Positions 1-14,024 of a DNA stretch of 64,000 bases are shown one piece after another (positions within the stretch are counted from its first letter, which is position 1; every line of letters starts with the position of its first letter). This DNA is from the human T2T-CHM13v2.0 reference genome, Homo sapiens. The position numbers were made by a program, and so were the translations under genes. The notes beneath the pieces are model-generated. The model ran no database searches. It was not told the origin of the DNA and saw nothing but the letters and a program-made list of their open reading frames with translations. The stretch lies in assembly GCF_009914755.1 (NCBI RefSeq), contig NC_060926.1, one strand, 5' to 3'.

Positions 1-239
1 ATTATCGCTCACTGCAATCCTGAACTCCTGGGCTGAAGTGATCCTCCTGCCCTAGCCTCCCAAACAGCTAGGACTATAGGCACGTGCCACCATGCTCAGC
101 TCATTTTTTTAATTTTTGTATAGAGAGGGGGGTCTCGTTCTGTTGCCCAGGTTGGTCTCAAACTCTTGGCCTCAAGTGACCCTCCCGCCTCACCCTCCCC
201 AAGAGCTGGGATTACAGGAGTGAGCCACTGTGCCCAGCC
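1..239 (-). mobile_element. Alu (AluJ-like), antisense, cut by the window start
   Basis: Alu consensus segments ctcactgcaatcc-tgaactcctgggct..gatcctcctgcc, aatttttgtatagaga and gctgggattacaggagtgagccactgtgcccagcc. Diverged, J-like. Confidence 0.92.
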
Positions 240-684
240 CTCCAAAGAAAGGAACGGATTCAGCAGGAGCCTGCAGCTCGCTGGCAGTGGTGTTTGCCAC
301 GGGCCAGTCTGAGTGTAGCCACAGCCCTTACCACTGTGTACTGCAGGCCCTGTGGGACTGCGATAAACCTCAGCTGAAGGGGAACTGCAGGGTAACCACC
401 TGATCACGACAGAATTCACCCAAATACCTAGTTGTTCCCCACAGAGCCCTCTATGCCTGCTTTGAGGAATCCACTCATGAAACTGTAAAAACAACTCTCA
501 CGAAATGAATTGCAAGAACATAGCACTGAAAAACCCCACCCTCTCCAAGTGCAGACGACGTGCACGCCTGGCCGCTGGAAACCCTGCTCCTCGCCTGCAG
601 ATAAGCCACGTGGGTCTCAGAAACAAAGCGGCAGCCTCAACGTGCGGCCCAGTGCAGACCTTCTTACAGAGATGCACTTCTTAC

Positions 685-771
685 CTCTTCCGACACCACA
701 GGCCGCTCTGCTGCCTTCCCACGGACCCCGTGCTCCGACTGCCCTCGCTGCAGTGCGGGAACCATGGAGGA
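685..771 (-). CDS. COPS9: Candidate alternative exon of a long COPS9/MYEOV2 isoform (VLHGSRTAARAVGARGPWEGSRAACGVGR)
   Basis: 87-nt segment with acceptor CAG|TCCTCC at 771 and strong donor AAGAG|GTAAGA at 685. It is open in the phase-1 frame left by COPS9 exon 2. The peptide resembles my recollection of the annotated long MYEOV2 isoform. The pyrimidine tract is weak. Confidence 0.5.
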
Positions 772-1615
772 CTGCTGGCTTGTCCTGGGCAGTCCTGAGC
801 TGCTGAGCCCCAACAAAGGACAGGAGCTCCATCAGGATGACAGGGTGGAAATCCACTCACCACTCATGAGAAAAAGAGGCAGAGCTGACATTCGGTTCTG
901 CTTAAGATCTCACCTGGCCTCCAGTACAAATGTCTCTTCTGTAAACATGACAAGGTGACACCCTTCAGCGGGTTCTCAGTAGCGGGGGCAGCAGGTCCCT
1001 CCACTGAGGGGCTTTAACTCTGAAAATGGGAACTGCTGAAGTCCTGGGCCTGGGCGTCTCCTGGCCTGAGAAACACTCTTCACTTCGAGATGGATGTCAA
1101 ACAGCAACTTCACTGCTTTACAGCCAGTATCGACTACTGAGCTGGGCCTACAGGAAACAAGACCCCTCTTCCCACATGGGCGTTACACTCTCCTTTGAAA
1201 TGGACCAATGTGCATTTCCACGTAGAAGGCGTCTCCTGCAGTCGCATCCTGTCGTCCTAGTTCTTAAGCCTAGGGGCAGCTGCCCTGACGTGGAGGCCAG
1301 AGGACAGCATAAGGACGACTGTGCTGACAGACACACACAGTGGGAACCTGCCCACACAGCAGAGGGGCGGCCCCGTGGCAAGGTCCTCCAAGTGCTGTCA
1401 GCAGGCCCAGCTGTGCACGGGCCGCGCTGCCTCCTGCTCCAGCACATACAGCACCTTAACACAAGGTATCTGCTACCAGACAAATGTGGTTCTCTCAGCG
1501 TGCTGACAGATGCACGCACATGCATGCACACACAAACACACAGAGACGTTTAGGGACTGCAACATTCACTCATAAGTGCAAGAAAGAGATCACTCCACAT
1601 GTGACATTGCTTTCT

Positions 1616-1621
1616 TTTAAT
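1616..1621 (-). terminator. COPS9: COPS9 polyadenylation signal (ATTAAA)
   Basis: tttaat on + reads ATTAAA on -, about 200 nt downstream of the stop codon at 1825. Confidence 0.65.
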
Positions 1622-1824
1622 TGGAGTGAGGACAAAACCTGATCCCGTTCAGAGATGAACAGAATCATCTAGGTCGTTAAGAACAGTCTTATCTTTCTGG
1701 TTAACCAGGTCCTAAATTCAAGGGATTTCCACGTGTTCTTTAAAACCACCTGAAACTGTCCTGCGCAGGCTCACACTGCGGCTCTGTACCAAGGGCTTGG
1801 CCCCGCCTGCAGCCAGAGGGCATC

Positions 1825-1862
1825 TCACTGGATGTCATCATCATCAAAAAGATCTTCAAAAT
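1825..1862 (-). CDS. COPS9: COPS9 last coding exon, (D)FEDLFDDDDIQ*
   Basis: Acceptor ttccctag|AT TTT GAA GAT CTT TTT GAT GAT GAT GAC ATC CAG TGA. This is the acidic F/D-rich C-terminus of CSNAP. 38 nt. Confidence 0.96.
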
Positions 1863-4706
1863 CTAGGGAAATAAGCAAAACCACGTAGTTACACCTACAA
1901 GGGTAAGGGCTGAAGAAATCACTTCAGAATGAATTATATAGTAGTCCAAAATACAGAGATAATCGTCAATGATCCAATGAAATAAAAGACTTTTCCCGTA
2001 ACAGACTTTCAGTTTCAGCCAACCAGGGCTCGTACATGTAGTCCAAGGGGAGAGTGTTGGCTAGAGTGCTTTCTAGCTTTCATTTAAAAGACAATCCTAA
2101 GAAAATGCATGCAGGGCTGTTCTGAGTCCCACGGACACCACCGCACAGCCACAACTCAGCACTCAGGACACGCCAGTGCCGTGTCTGCACCCACGAGTGC
2201 ACGGGCACCCAAGATGCTGCCCTCGCTGCCGGGGCCGGGGAGAGATGAAGCTGGGAGGCACGTGCTGGGTCCTTGAGAGCAGAGGGAAACCAGCCGGCTG
2301 CCGCTGTGAGCATGAGAAAGCCGGGCTAGGCTGCAGAAAGGTGAAGCCTCCAGTAAGGGAGCGTGAATGATACTCAAGCCTGAGAAACACCTGCTAAGGC
2401 CCATTCTCACTGGAAGAAACGCAGCAAACACGTAGTGCCCTGCTTTGGGTGATCAAAATCAGGCCCCCCAGGAAAGATTTTGTCCTTCTGTTTAGTCTTC
2501 TGTGTTTTTCAAATTCCCTACTACAGGCAATCATCACTTTCACAATGGGAGGTGAAAATACAACTAAAAGCCCACCCACATGTACTGCGCACTGAAAATG
2601 TGCAGTATGAATTATGAACTAGAAAGAGGAGGTTCAACTCCTGGAGGGTCAGAGCGAAGAGAAAGGGGCCTGCTGGCACCACAGCATCCAGCCTTCCTGG
2701 GGAGGGTGGCGTCCCTGAGGCATCTCTGGATACTGCAGAGGGTCCCGACGCTCCCCAGCCACACTGATGCACCCCCACGTCCTCACTGCCTCCCGACTGC
2801 TGGTTGTGGTTCGCCGCTAGGAGCACTTTTGCGCAGTCCTGGGCCTGGCTGACTCCACACCTTCCGACCTCTGCTCTGCTGCCCCCTCTGGAGAAACCTC
2901 CCTCTGCAGTGCTCCCAGAAACAATGCCGTCCACGCTTTGCCAGGGCTCTTGTCACAGTCCAGCCCCTGCCTGCTGACTTGTCTGGACCCACAATTTTGT
3001 AAGACATGGCGAGGGAAGAGAGAGTGTCTCTTTCGTGGCTAGAACCCTGGTGCCCAGGGTGTAACAGCCCAGCAAACCCATCTGTTTGACGAGTAAAAAG
3101 GACTTAGCAAAAGCCTCATCCACAGCCCACAGAGGTCTCTCAAAGTAAATGGCTTCTTGAACACATGGGGTTGTCACAACCTGATGGGACAGTGAGTGCT
3201 TTGTGAACTTAGTGGGTGGGCAGGCAGGGGACACAGAGCTCTCCTGCGTCCCCTCCCTGACCGGCCGTGGCTCAAAGGCAGACACGCGCCCACAATGCTC
3301 AGGTTGCTGGGCGCTCACCTGACGGGTAGGACCTGGGTCCCTCTCAGAGATGCTTTCCCGTCAGGATTCAAGGGCTGACTCTGGAAGTCATGTGAACTCA
3401 AACACTAGAACACAGCAATCGCCTCTAACCAATGGGCTGGCAGAGGATAAATGGGACTTTGAAGGAGATCATCAAAATGCAAGCGTGTGGTGCCAGCATT
3501 AGCAACTGCCCAATCCTGCCCACGTGAAAAGCTTCAAAGTCGCCCTGGTGAGCTGGTGTTTTTGCAAAGCAGCTTTGGAGAGCGCTCTGCAGCTTTGTAC
3601 AATTTGTTCCCTCTGAAGGCAACACCCTTCTCCCACCTCGCTCTGGCATAAAGAATTGAAATAAATGCTATTCAGTTCTCCAGGCTCATCTCAAATGTCA
3701 TCTGCCTCAGTTCTGACTCCAGTTGGTAGCAGTAAGAATGCTGCCTCAGGGGCATGGCCAGGCACCCTGGGAAAGCCTGCACCCCAACTCAGCAGCTTGG
3801 CTGCTCCCCTCAGGCAATGGCTGCCTGACAGTAAGCCTGATGAAGCAGCAGGGACTCAGGATGGCAGGGGGTCTCTGGTAAATTAGAAACCGATGTGGCA
3901 AGCTCAGGTCCTAGCTGTTAACTAGTAACAAGAGCTTTCTGTAGAGAAAAGCACCATGGATTAAACCAGGATGAAAAATGCCACCTCACTCTCTGGAGTA
4001 AGAAACCTATCTTATTTACTTATTATTTGAACCCTTAGTAAAGGTTAATATCATCTATAGGAATAAGGCCTGAAGAAATCAGAAGAGAATGAGAAATATT
4101 CCCTCTAGCAGGTCTGAAGATGTTACAGAAAATTTGCTTTTCACTGTTCATTTGGTTTACCCATGTTTTTGGTAACTAGCACTGAAGCCCTTAAATCAAG
4201 AGGAAAACACATCCTGCGTCCTGATTTCAGAGCTGGGCAAGAGCTGGAGTATGGCTGTCCCTCTGCAAAGGCAGCTGAGGGCATGAGAACCCAGGCAGGC
4301 AAACACAGGTGGGCTGGGAGAGGAAAGGAAACCGGCTACCCGGAGAGGGCGGAGACAGGGAGACAGATGGGGTTCCTATGGCCGTGTGTGGGGTGAGGGC
4401 CCAGACCTGGCTACAGTCTGAGGTGTCCGCAGGCACATGTAACACGCATGCCAGAGCTCAAACTCAACTACTGGGCTGCAAGCTGGGAACAATTTCATGC
4501 TACTTTTCTCCTGAAAAATAAGGCTGCCTGCCAGTGGCCGCAGCCCGTGTCATCGCTCCACAGAGGCTGCACTGCATTCTGAGAGGAGCGCAGGGGCTCT
4601 ACCACCTTATGATCCAAATTATTCATGTCACCAAGTTGCTTCACTGCCTTCACCTAGAGAAGAAATATTCAGATTAAATCTGGCATCCCATTCCAAGCAT
4701 CCTTAC

Positions 4707-4779
4707 CGTTAAAAAAGTCTGCATGAACGGCCTTTTCATTGGCTGCCAAGTCCATCAAGAGCCCGGTGCTGCCTCCCGC
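4707..4779 (-). CDS. COPS9: COPS9 coding exon 2, [24 protein letters not shown]
   Basis: Acceptor ccattccccag|GCG and donor AAC G|GTAAGG. 73 nt. Exons sum to 63+73+38 = 174 nt = 57 aa + stop. Confidence 0.97.
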
Positions 4780-6629
4780 CTGGGGAATGGAAAGGCAAGG
4801 TTATGTCAGGTGCGTTTTCCGAAAGAACAGGTGATAAGTGCATTGCAGGGCCACTACCCCCACAAAAAAAGAAGATGGGTGAGGGGAAACAGGCTCAAGT
4901 TGGAGTCAACATTTTAGTTCCAGACACAGGAATGTGTATTGGGGGGAGGGGGAGGAATTCAAAGGAATGATTTTTAAGGTCTCTCAAGGGCTTCTGTTCC
5001 TTGATTCCTGTCTGCCTTTAAAAAAGAAACCTACCACTGACCTAAGCACCACTACTTCTCTGTGCCCCTCAAGGAGAGCTTTCCGATCCCTCGCCGGACA
5101 TCGCCAGAGGCCACAAACATGCGAAATTGAGCCCATCGCCTCCACTCAGGATCCCTTCCCTCTCTCTTCTGGGAATGAAACCACTTCCCCGAGGAAACTG
5201 ACCTGCTCTGCCTCTGAGGTTCTGGTGCCCCGCTGCTATCATGGACCGTCCACTGCCACAACTCCACGGCAGTGGAAAAACCATGTCACAACCCAAGCTG
5301 GGCAATCTGAAGCCCTCAGGATTTTGGGTCCTGTTTAGAGTCAACCGGTGACAGAGGGAGCAGATTCCTCTGACAGCAGCACCCTGGACAGCTGGCCACA
5401 GGTCCTGCTGCTGCCCTGGCCCCAGCATTCACAAGGCCGCTTGCTCAGACCTGCCCTGATCCCCACATAGCTGCATGCCCTTGTTCCCTTTCAGACACTC
5501 TCAGAAAAGCCAGGACACTCAGTCTCCTCCCCTGGCTTCTCAGCCACCCTCCCTGTCCCCATCAGCACAGTAAGCCACGCGCATTCTACCACTTGAAGCT
5601 TGTCCCTACCTCCATCTGCCTCATTCACACCCTCTTCAACTCTCCTGTTCTCCCTGCTCTCATTTTTCTACCCTCTCACCCGTAAATGCTGCCACCCTAC
5701 AGAGCAAGTCGGAGCCTCTCACTCCCCACTGTAAAGCCCTCCGGTGGCTCCACATCGCCTAGGACTGTGAAGCCTAGGACTGTAAAACAGGACTGAGAAG
5801 CCTGGGTTTAATGGAAGTGCTTCGGGAGCGGGGTGCACAGAGCCACCCTCTTTAGCATGGTTCCAGATGGTTTCACGATCTGGGTAGGGAGAGAGTCCCT
5901 ACCCACTGTCTCCCCTCTCTCTGGCACTGCACGCTCAACCATGTTAAACGACACAACATTCCCTTCCCTTGGTGAGCCAGTCGGCATCCCCCAACCCAGG
6001 GCTCTGCTCCTGCCGGGCCTTCATCCCCCACTACCTGGCAAACACCAATGTGTCCCCCAGCATTTGGCCACAGAGTCGACTCCTCAGCTGTACCTTTGCT
6101 GAGCCCCCTCAAAGCCCTGAGGGTCCATCCGTCGGTGCGCCTTCGGCTTTCTATGACACCTGGTATTTGCAATCAGCCGCTCTGCCATGCTATTACCTCC
6201 ACAAGCACAAGGGCTGCCTCTGACCACCTCTGCAGCCCCTAAGCTTTGAGAAAGAGCACATAAGGCCCTGACATGTAGGAGCTGGCCTGCCACTCTGAGC
6301 TAGGCTGTGGTGCTCTCCTGCTGACCATAAACCATCTCAGAACGCTCACATCAGACAAGGTCACTCTGTGAACACAATAGAGACCAACAAAACCCCAAGA
6401 CGACTGTATAATCCTGTATAATTAAAAAGAAGAACGAGGCCACTACGCAAAGCACATAAATGCCAGATGTCTCCTTTTCCGCTCCGACAGGAATGACGGC
6501 TGCTCCAGTCTTCCCTCATTCTAGTTAAGATTAAGAGGCCCAATCGGAGAATTATCCTCGCTTCCAAGGCACAGTAAAGCCCACTTTCTTCCCCCAAATC
6601 CCCTAACACGAGCTCAAATCCCACACGAG

Positions 6630-7720
<1,091 letters not shown>

Positions 7721-8220
7721 CCCACGTTCACAGCAGCGTTATTTATAATAAATGAAAAAGGGAAGCGTCCCCCGCTGTCCCTGCCCATCGATGGATACGT
7801 GCATAAGCAAATGTGGGCCATGCACACTGTGGAACATTACTCAGCCTTTAAAAGGAAGGGAATGCCGACACCTGCTGCCACGCGCAGGAACATTGAGGAC
7901 GCTCTGCCGAGGGAAACGGGCCAGTCCTAAGACAAACACCGCATGATTCCACTCAGCCGAGGCCCCTAGAGGAGTCAAAGTCATAGAGACAGAAAGTAGA
8001 AGGGGGTTATCAGGGTCTGGGGAAGGGGAAATGGGGAGTTCGTGTTTAGTGGGGACAGATTTTCAGCCTTGACAGATGAAAAGGATCTGTAGAGGCTGCT
8101 GGTGATGGCTGCACAGTTCGTGAATGTGCTTAACGTCACTGAAATGTGGTTAAGATGGAAACAATTTGTGAAGTTTTACCGTAATGAAAAAAACAACAAA
8201 AAAGAATGTGACAGAAATGC

Positions 8221-8310
8221 GAGGGAAAGGAGAAGGAAAGGGGTAAGAGGAGGGAGAAGGTTGGAGGAAGAGAGGGAGAGAGGAAGAACAGGGGAGGGAA
8301 GGAGAGAGAG
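8221..8310 (+). repeat. Polypurine (GA-rich) low-complexity tract
   Basis: About 90 nt of almost only G and A. Confidence 0.85.
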
Positions 8311-8333
8311 CAACAGGTCCTGGAACTAGACTT

Positions 8334-8770
8334 TGCCAAAGATTCCTTGCTCAGCCAGACTTCGGTGGCCTCCTAACCTCCTCCCAGGCCCATCTGTGCA
8401 CTGCATTGTCAGGTTCAGTTTTCGCAGAGAGCCCTGCTAAGTTGGTTTAGCCAGAGCCCCCCACCCTGGATATTGGATCGGGTTCCTGGTCCCCCAGCAT
8501 CCCCAGGATGTCTGATGGCCCAGACCTGTCTTCAGCGAAAGCCCTGCGGGGTCGGCCGAGCCAGCATCCCGTCCCGCACTGTGTTCCTCCCAGTCATTTG
8601 CCACCCGCGACCCCACCTGCTCCTCAGCCGCAAACCCCCACTGCCTGTGCTGTTCGGAGCTGAGCCTGGTCTCCCTCCCCCACTGCAAGATCCCGTTGCA
8701 GTGGTCCCCACACCCGTCTCCAGGGTTCGGAACAACTTCTGAAAATTTCCAATAATGTTTTCCTTTAACA
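8334..8770 (+). mobile_element. ERV1 solo LTR, MER31-like
   Basis: Resembles MER31 consensus (aaagatt..gcccatctgtgcact..ccctgctaagt..tttagccaga..ccccacc) and ends ttcctttaaca. Confidence 0.7.
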
Positions 8771-9459
8771 GGCCTTAGAGGAGTTGGGTTTGGGGGTTAG
8801 GCTGTAGAGAAGGGGAGTGGGGGGCGGCATGGATGAGGGTAGTTCCAGGGACAGGAATTGAGCTGAAATGTGAGGGGTGTGTGTGGCCTGAAAAGGGGCC
8901 GCCTGGCCTGAGTGGACAGTGTGGGACGCAGGGAGAAGCTGGCAGTGGATATTGGGTGAGCCTCATGCCATGCCAATGTGCATCACCCTGAAGGACCCAA
9001 GTGAAAGTCAGTCCGATGGAACAGGGGCTTGGCAGTGACTAAGAAGATTGACCCATTAAGTCAAGGTCTTTACTAGCTAAGGGGTGGAGCTGTGGGTCTC
9101 CACGGTCTGCTTGTACACCCTACAGGGATGGGGGGCTCACCACCTGTGCAGAGGCCATCCTATTGCTGGAGGCCCATCCCTGAGACACCATCGTGCTGCC
9201 TGCCCAGTCTTCCAGTGCCCCAGGTGAAGCCCCCTTCCTCCCAGCATCCTCAAAGCCTAGAGCCGTCCCTGGAAGACAGAGCCTGCCCAGGCCCCGCTGT
9301 CCCTGACCGATGACAGATACAGGTGGGGTTTCTCAGTTCCGTTTCCTGCTGCCTCCTGGGCACTGCTCCCAGGGGTGTGTCATGGTGTGGAGTCAGCCTA
9401 GCCCTGACTGTGGGTTTGTGTGCTGCCCAGCTTAGTGGCCCAGAGCGGGGGTGCCTGGA

Positions 9460-9640
9460 CTAGAATCTAGCTACCCCCTAACCAGCTGTGTGACCTTAAC
9501 AAGTCAGGCTGTGACCGCATGTCTCTGCCTCAGTTTCCTCACCCGTAATCTGGGGGAACTGCAGTGCCCCCTAGGATCATTGTGGGAAATGGATGAGTGA
9601 GAGACACAGAAAGCCAGTCCTGAGCCTGCCCAGGATATAA
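9460..9640. mobile_element. MIR fragment
   Basis: MIR core: agctgtgtgacctt..caagtca..tctctgcctcagtttcctcacccgtaa. Confidence 0.7.
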
Positions 9641-9820
9641 AATCCCTTGTTGATGCCAATGTGGATGGAAATGTTGCACATTTATGAAAGAGTTTATGAA
9701 AGTGCTCCCCAGGAATCAAAATAAAACCAGCTTCATTTGTGAAATAAAGTAAGTGGGGCCTGAGCGCAGCTGTCCTTGAAAGACAACCCACAACGCTGGT
9801 TGTGCATCTTCAGTCCGGAG

Positions 9821-9826
9821 TTTATT
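9821..9826 (-). terminator. OTOS: OTOS polyadenylation signal (AATAAA)
   Basis: tttatt on +, about 120 nt downstream of the OTOS stop. Confidence 0.85.
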
Positions 9827-9943
9827 GAGCGTGAGACCAGGCCTGACTCCTGCAGGGGCCAGGTTTTTGCGGGGACTCCATGCCTGTGGAGGCCCGACCG
9901 AGTGCAGCCTGGCGGGGTGGGCGGGCACCAGGCTGGACACCAT

Positions 9944-10414
<471 letters not shown>

Positions 10415-10835
10415 TCAGAACAGAGCACAGACACCCCACTCCGCTACCCCCCGTATAACCTGTCCTAAAGCTTGGGCAAGAGCAGCCCTGAAGATACTGG
10501 ACTGAGCTAGGGCTCAGAGTTGGGAGGGCCTGGGGGCTGGAACCCAGGTCTGATAGTGGGAATGTCAGGGGTCATGGGGCCCTGGCTCCCCCTGCCCAGT
10601 GTGTTCCCTGGTGGCTGGAGGGCAGGGTCCCAGCTGGAAGGAGCTCATAGACCCTCTGCTTGCACAGCTCCAAGCTGGCTCTCAAGGGCCATGTTTTCCA
10701 TGCTTGGGCCTGAGCTGAGCCAGGGCCCCTGATGCGTCTGCTTGGGATAAGAAGCTGCTGCTCTCCCCAGCAGTTTCTCCCCGCTGCATACCAGTTACTT
10801 ATGCAAATGAAAGGAAAGAAATTGGAGAACGGTAC

Positions 10836-10862
10836 CTCCTTCCTCCTGCACAGGCTTGGCCC
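10836..10862 (-). CDS. OTOS: Otospiralin 27-nt micro-exon (GAKPVQEEG)
   Basis: Acceptor tcttctcttcctttgcag|GG and donor GGA G|GTACC. Exons sum to 58+27+185 = 270 nt = 89 aa + stop. Confidence 0.95.
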
Positions 10863-10887
10863 CTGCAAAGGAAGAGAAGAGCTGTCA

Positions 10888-11178
<291 letters not shown>

Positions 11179-11393
11179 TCAGGGCCGGCTTCCTCTACCA
11201 GTCCCAGTGTGGGCAGCCCTGGGGAAAATGGCATGGATTTTAAAAAAAAATTCTTACTGTTTTCCTAGCAATTTCCATTTCAGTGGTTTCAAACCACTAT
11301 TTGGAGGTGAAATCCCTGCCTCAATTGGCCTTAATTCCCATGACTTAAGAAATTGCACCCCCCTCCACTCTGCCTGGCCTCTCCAGAGCTTAC

Positions 11394-11430
11394 CTTGTCT
11401 CTGCTCAGCCAGCCGTGCTGCCTGGATGGG
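11394..11430 (-). other. OTOS: OTOS non-coding exon 1 (5' end approximate)
   Basis: Strong donor AAG|GTAAGC at 11394/11393, located about 60 nt downstream of a TATA box. Confidence 0.7.
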
Positions 11431-11455
11431 CTCTGCTGCCAGCTCAAGAGTCCTC

Positions 11456-11461
11456 TTTATA
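11456..11461 (-). promoter_or_regulatory. OTOS: OTOS TATA box (TATAAA)
   Basis: tttata on + reads CTATAAAGA on -, at the expected distance from the putative exon 1. Confidence 0.8.
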
Positions 11462-12435
11462 GAAGGGCTGCAGATGAGGAAGGACACGTCACCTGCCTGA
11501 ACAGTCAAACTGAATATTTCATCCCCACCGGAGGACTGTGGGCTCCTGTCGCCCTGCTGGCAGGCACAATCAGAGTGTCAATTTCTGGGAATCTGATCCA
11601 AAGTTCAAACTGAGAGAAAAACATCTTGGCTCGGCCATTTCTGAAATTGTTAGGACTGAATTCAGCATTGGTACTTGAAACAAACCCAGTTTACTCTCCG
11701 CAAGGAGCGATCCTACGTCCAATACCGGGGCTGGCTGAGATTTCCTCCCTCGTGAGGAGGAGCTGAATAATTCCAGCGCTGCTTCCACTTAAACCAGCAG
11801 GCAGGAGGAGCCCCCGTCAGCGGGACCTGCCTGCAGGACGTCCACCGAGCAGAGCCCCAGCAGAAAGTGTGGGGTCAAGATGGACTTCCATCTCCAGGTG
11901 GGAGCTTCCCTGCGATCCAAAGTGTCAGTCTGTAGGTGGGCAGGAGGCTGTCCCCACCCTGGGACACCAGCAGCCAGCACCAAGGGTCTCTGTGGGCAGG
12001 GCCATTCTGACTACACAGCTGCCCCACTGACCACATCGGTTCCTATGCTGACCTGTCTTTCCAGTACATAGAGCCTCCTCCTGGTCCTGCTCCTTGGGGT
12101 CCCGCCACCCCACTGAATCAGGGGCCGAATTTGCTGTGGCGGTCTCCCCTGTCATTCCTGGTCACCCTGGGGGCTGTTTAAGGACTCTGGGAAGCTCCTC
12201 ACCCATGTGTCCCATGGTTCTGGAGTTCATCACAGTCTGCTCACATGTCCCCATCCAAATGATTAAGGGCTCATTTTTCCCCACACAATGCCATACATTT
12301 AACCAAAGATACCCAGAGAGGTGGTTAATTTAATTCAGATGGTAAGGCAGCCATCCACGGATTAGATTTTGGGTTTCCTTTTCAGAAATCTGGAGCCTGT
12401 GGCTACAGGAGGCAATGGATTCTTTCAGGGCAGTT

Positions 12436-12790
12436 GTATTCGGGGTCACCAAGAGCACCCAGGTCAATGATTCACTAGGAAGATGCCCTAGGAGGACTCG
12501 TGGGACTCAGCATCCTCTCGAGGACCCCACGGGATGCTCTCCATTCCCCAGCACCACGTTGTGGTGACACCTGTGGAATCTCCCCATGAGGGGAGCCCTT
12601 CAGAACCTCAGAGCCCAGGGCTGGTCGTGCAGCCCCCTCTGACTCGTGCATGTGCAGATCTCCGACCCCCAGGAGGAAGCAGGTGCTTAGCACAACCATT
12701 TGTTGGCACATAGAGCTTAGGGGCAGTGGCCCCTCTGAAATCCAGGTGCCGAGGTGAGGACCCAGGCCTGCTCGTCGCCCTTCCCTGCAC
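12436..12790. mobile_element. LTR fragment, MER21-like
   Basis: tgtattcggggtcaccaag..caggtcaatgattcactagga..ggaggactc..ggactcagcat resembles the MER21 terminus. The far boundary is uncertain. Confidence 0.55.
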
Positions 12791-14024
12791 AGCTCAGAAG
12801 ATTTCTGGTTCCTCACCTGCCCCCTGAGCTGGGAATTTAAGCTCTGCGCTCGTCATTGTCTTTTCGCAGATTCGGCAGCACACTTTCCAGTTACCAACCA
12901 AGCCCACGGTCCTTATTTCCGTGGCTTCAGCTGCTTGGTCACCCAAAGTCCTGCTCTCTATAGCTCTGTTTTGCACTGGGTGGGTGACAGTGCCCTCTTT
13001 TCCATGGGAAATGGAACCAGTCTTCGATCTAGTCAAGCCAGAGATCCAATTCCAGATTCCACCCTGAGCATTCCCATCCCTGGGCCCCTCTCGAGCACCA
13101 ATACTGTGTCCAGCTGGGTTGGGGAGAGTGTGGCCAGACACGGAGTGAGCTTGCTACAGGAATGGGCCTTCTGCGACTGTGGGAGGTGGTGAAGAAGGGA
13201 GGGCCTGGGAGGGCGAGCCGGGAAACAGTCTGGGAGGCCCTGTCTGAAAATGCACAGCCCAGCATCGGCGGTGGGCCTAGGACCTCCGTGTCTAGCAGGG
13301 AAGGTGGGAGCTAGATGCAGAGGGGAGGAGGGTGAGGGTGGGCCGGGCCCTGCCGCAGCCTCTGACCGTGATGGGGCCGCCAGAGAGGATGGGCCTATCA
13401 TCCTTCTGTTAATAACCGCATGTCTGAAGATGATGTGAAAATACGCCTATGGCGTTAGGAAAGATGAGATATGATAGCATGTACCATATCTTTATAATGA
13501 CTGAATAAAAGACTATACGTGGAAAAACTCTAGAAGTAGTAAGCAGTGATGGTGTTGGACGGTGGACCTATGGGCGTATATATGTGGTTTTTCTTCATTC
13601 TGGGTATATGTATGTTCCTTAATTTATTATTTTTATGTAAGGAAAAAAATCTTAAAAAGAAACCACCCAGCACCACCAATAGCTGTATGCTGCTGATCAC
13701 TCGGGCTGTCCTGGTCCATCTTGCCACTTGCACTGCCCCACCGCCATGCACTGTCCTGCTTCCTGGGTCCTGCAGGACCACTCTCTTGAGAAGATGCTTC
13801 CTGGGTCCTGCAGGGTCACTGTCCCTCGCTGGCCTGGACACAGCCTTCCCTGGCCCTACCCAGAGGGCCCCGGCTCCCCTGCACCCTGGAGGGCACCACC
13901 CTGGCCACTCACTCATCATTCCTCTCTCACCTGCTCTCTTGCAGCCCAGAATGCCCTCTGTAGGGGTTTGCACACCAAGCTGTGTATATTGTGTATATCG
14001 TTCTTGTTCAGTGACAGCCCCTAC

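Noticed and set aside
5755-5805. Short aggactg triplet repeat in COPS9 intron 1
   Set aside because: Too short and degenerate to distinguish from local slippage.
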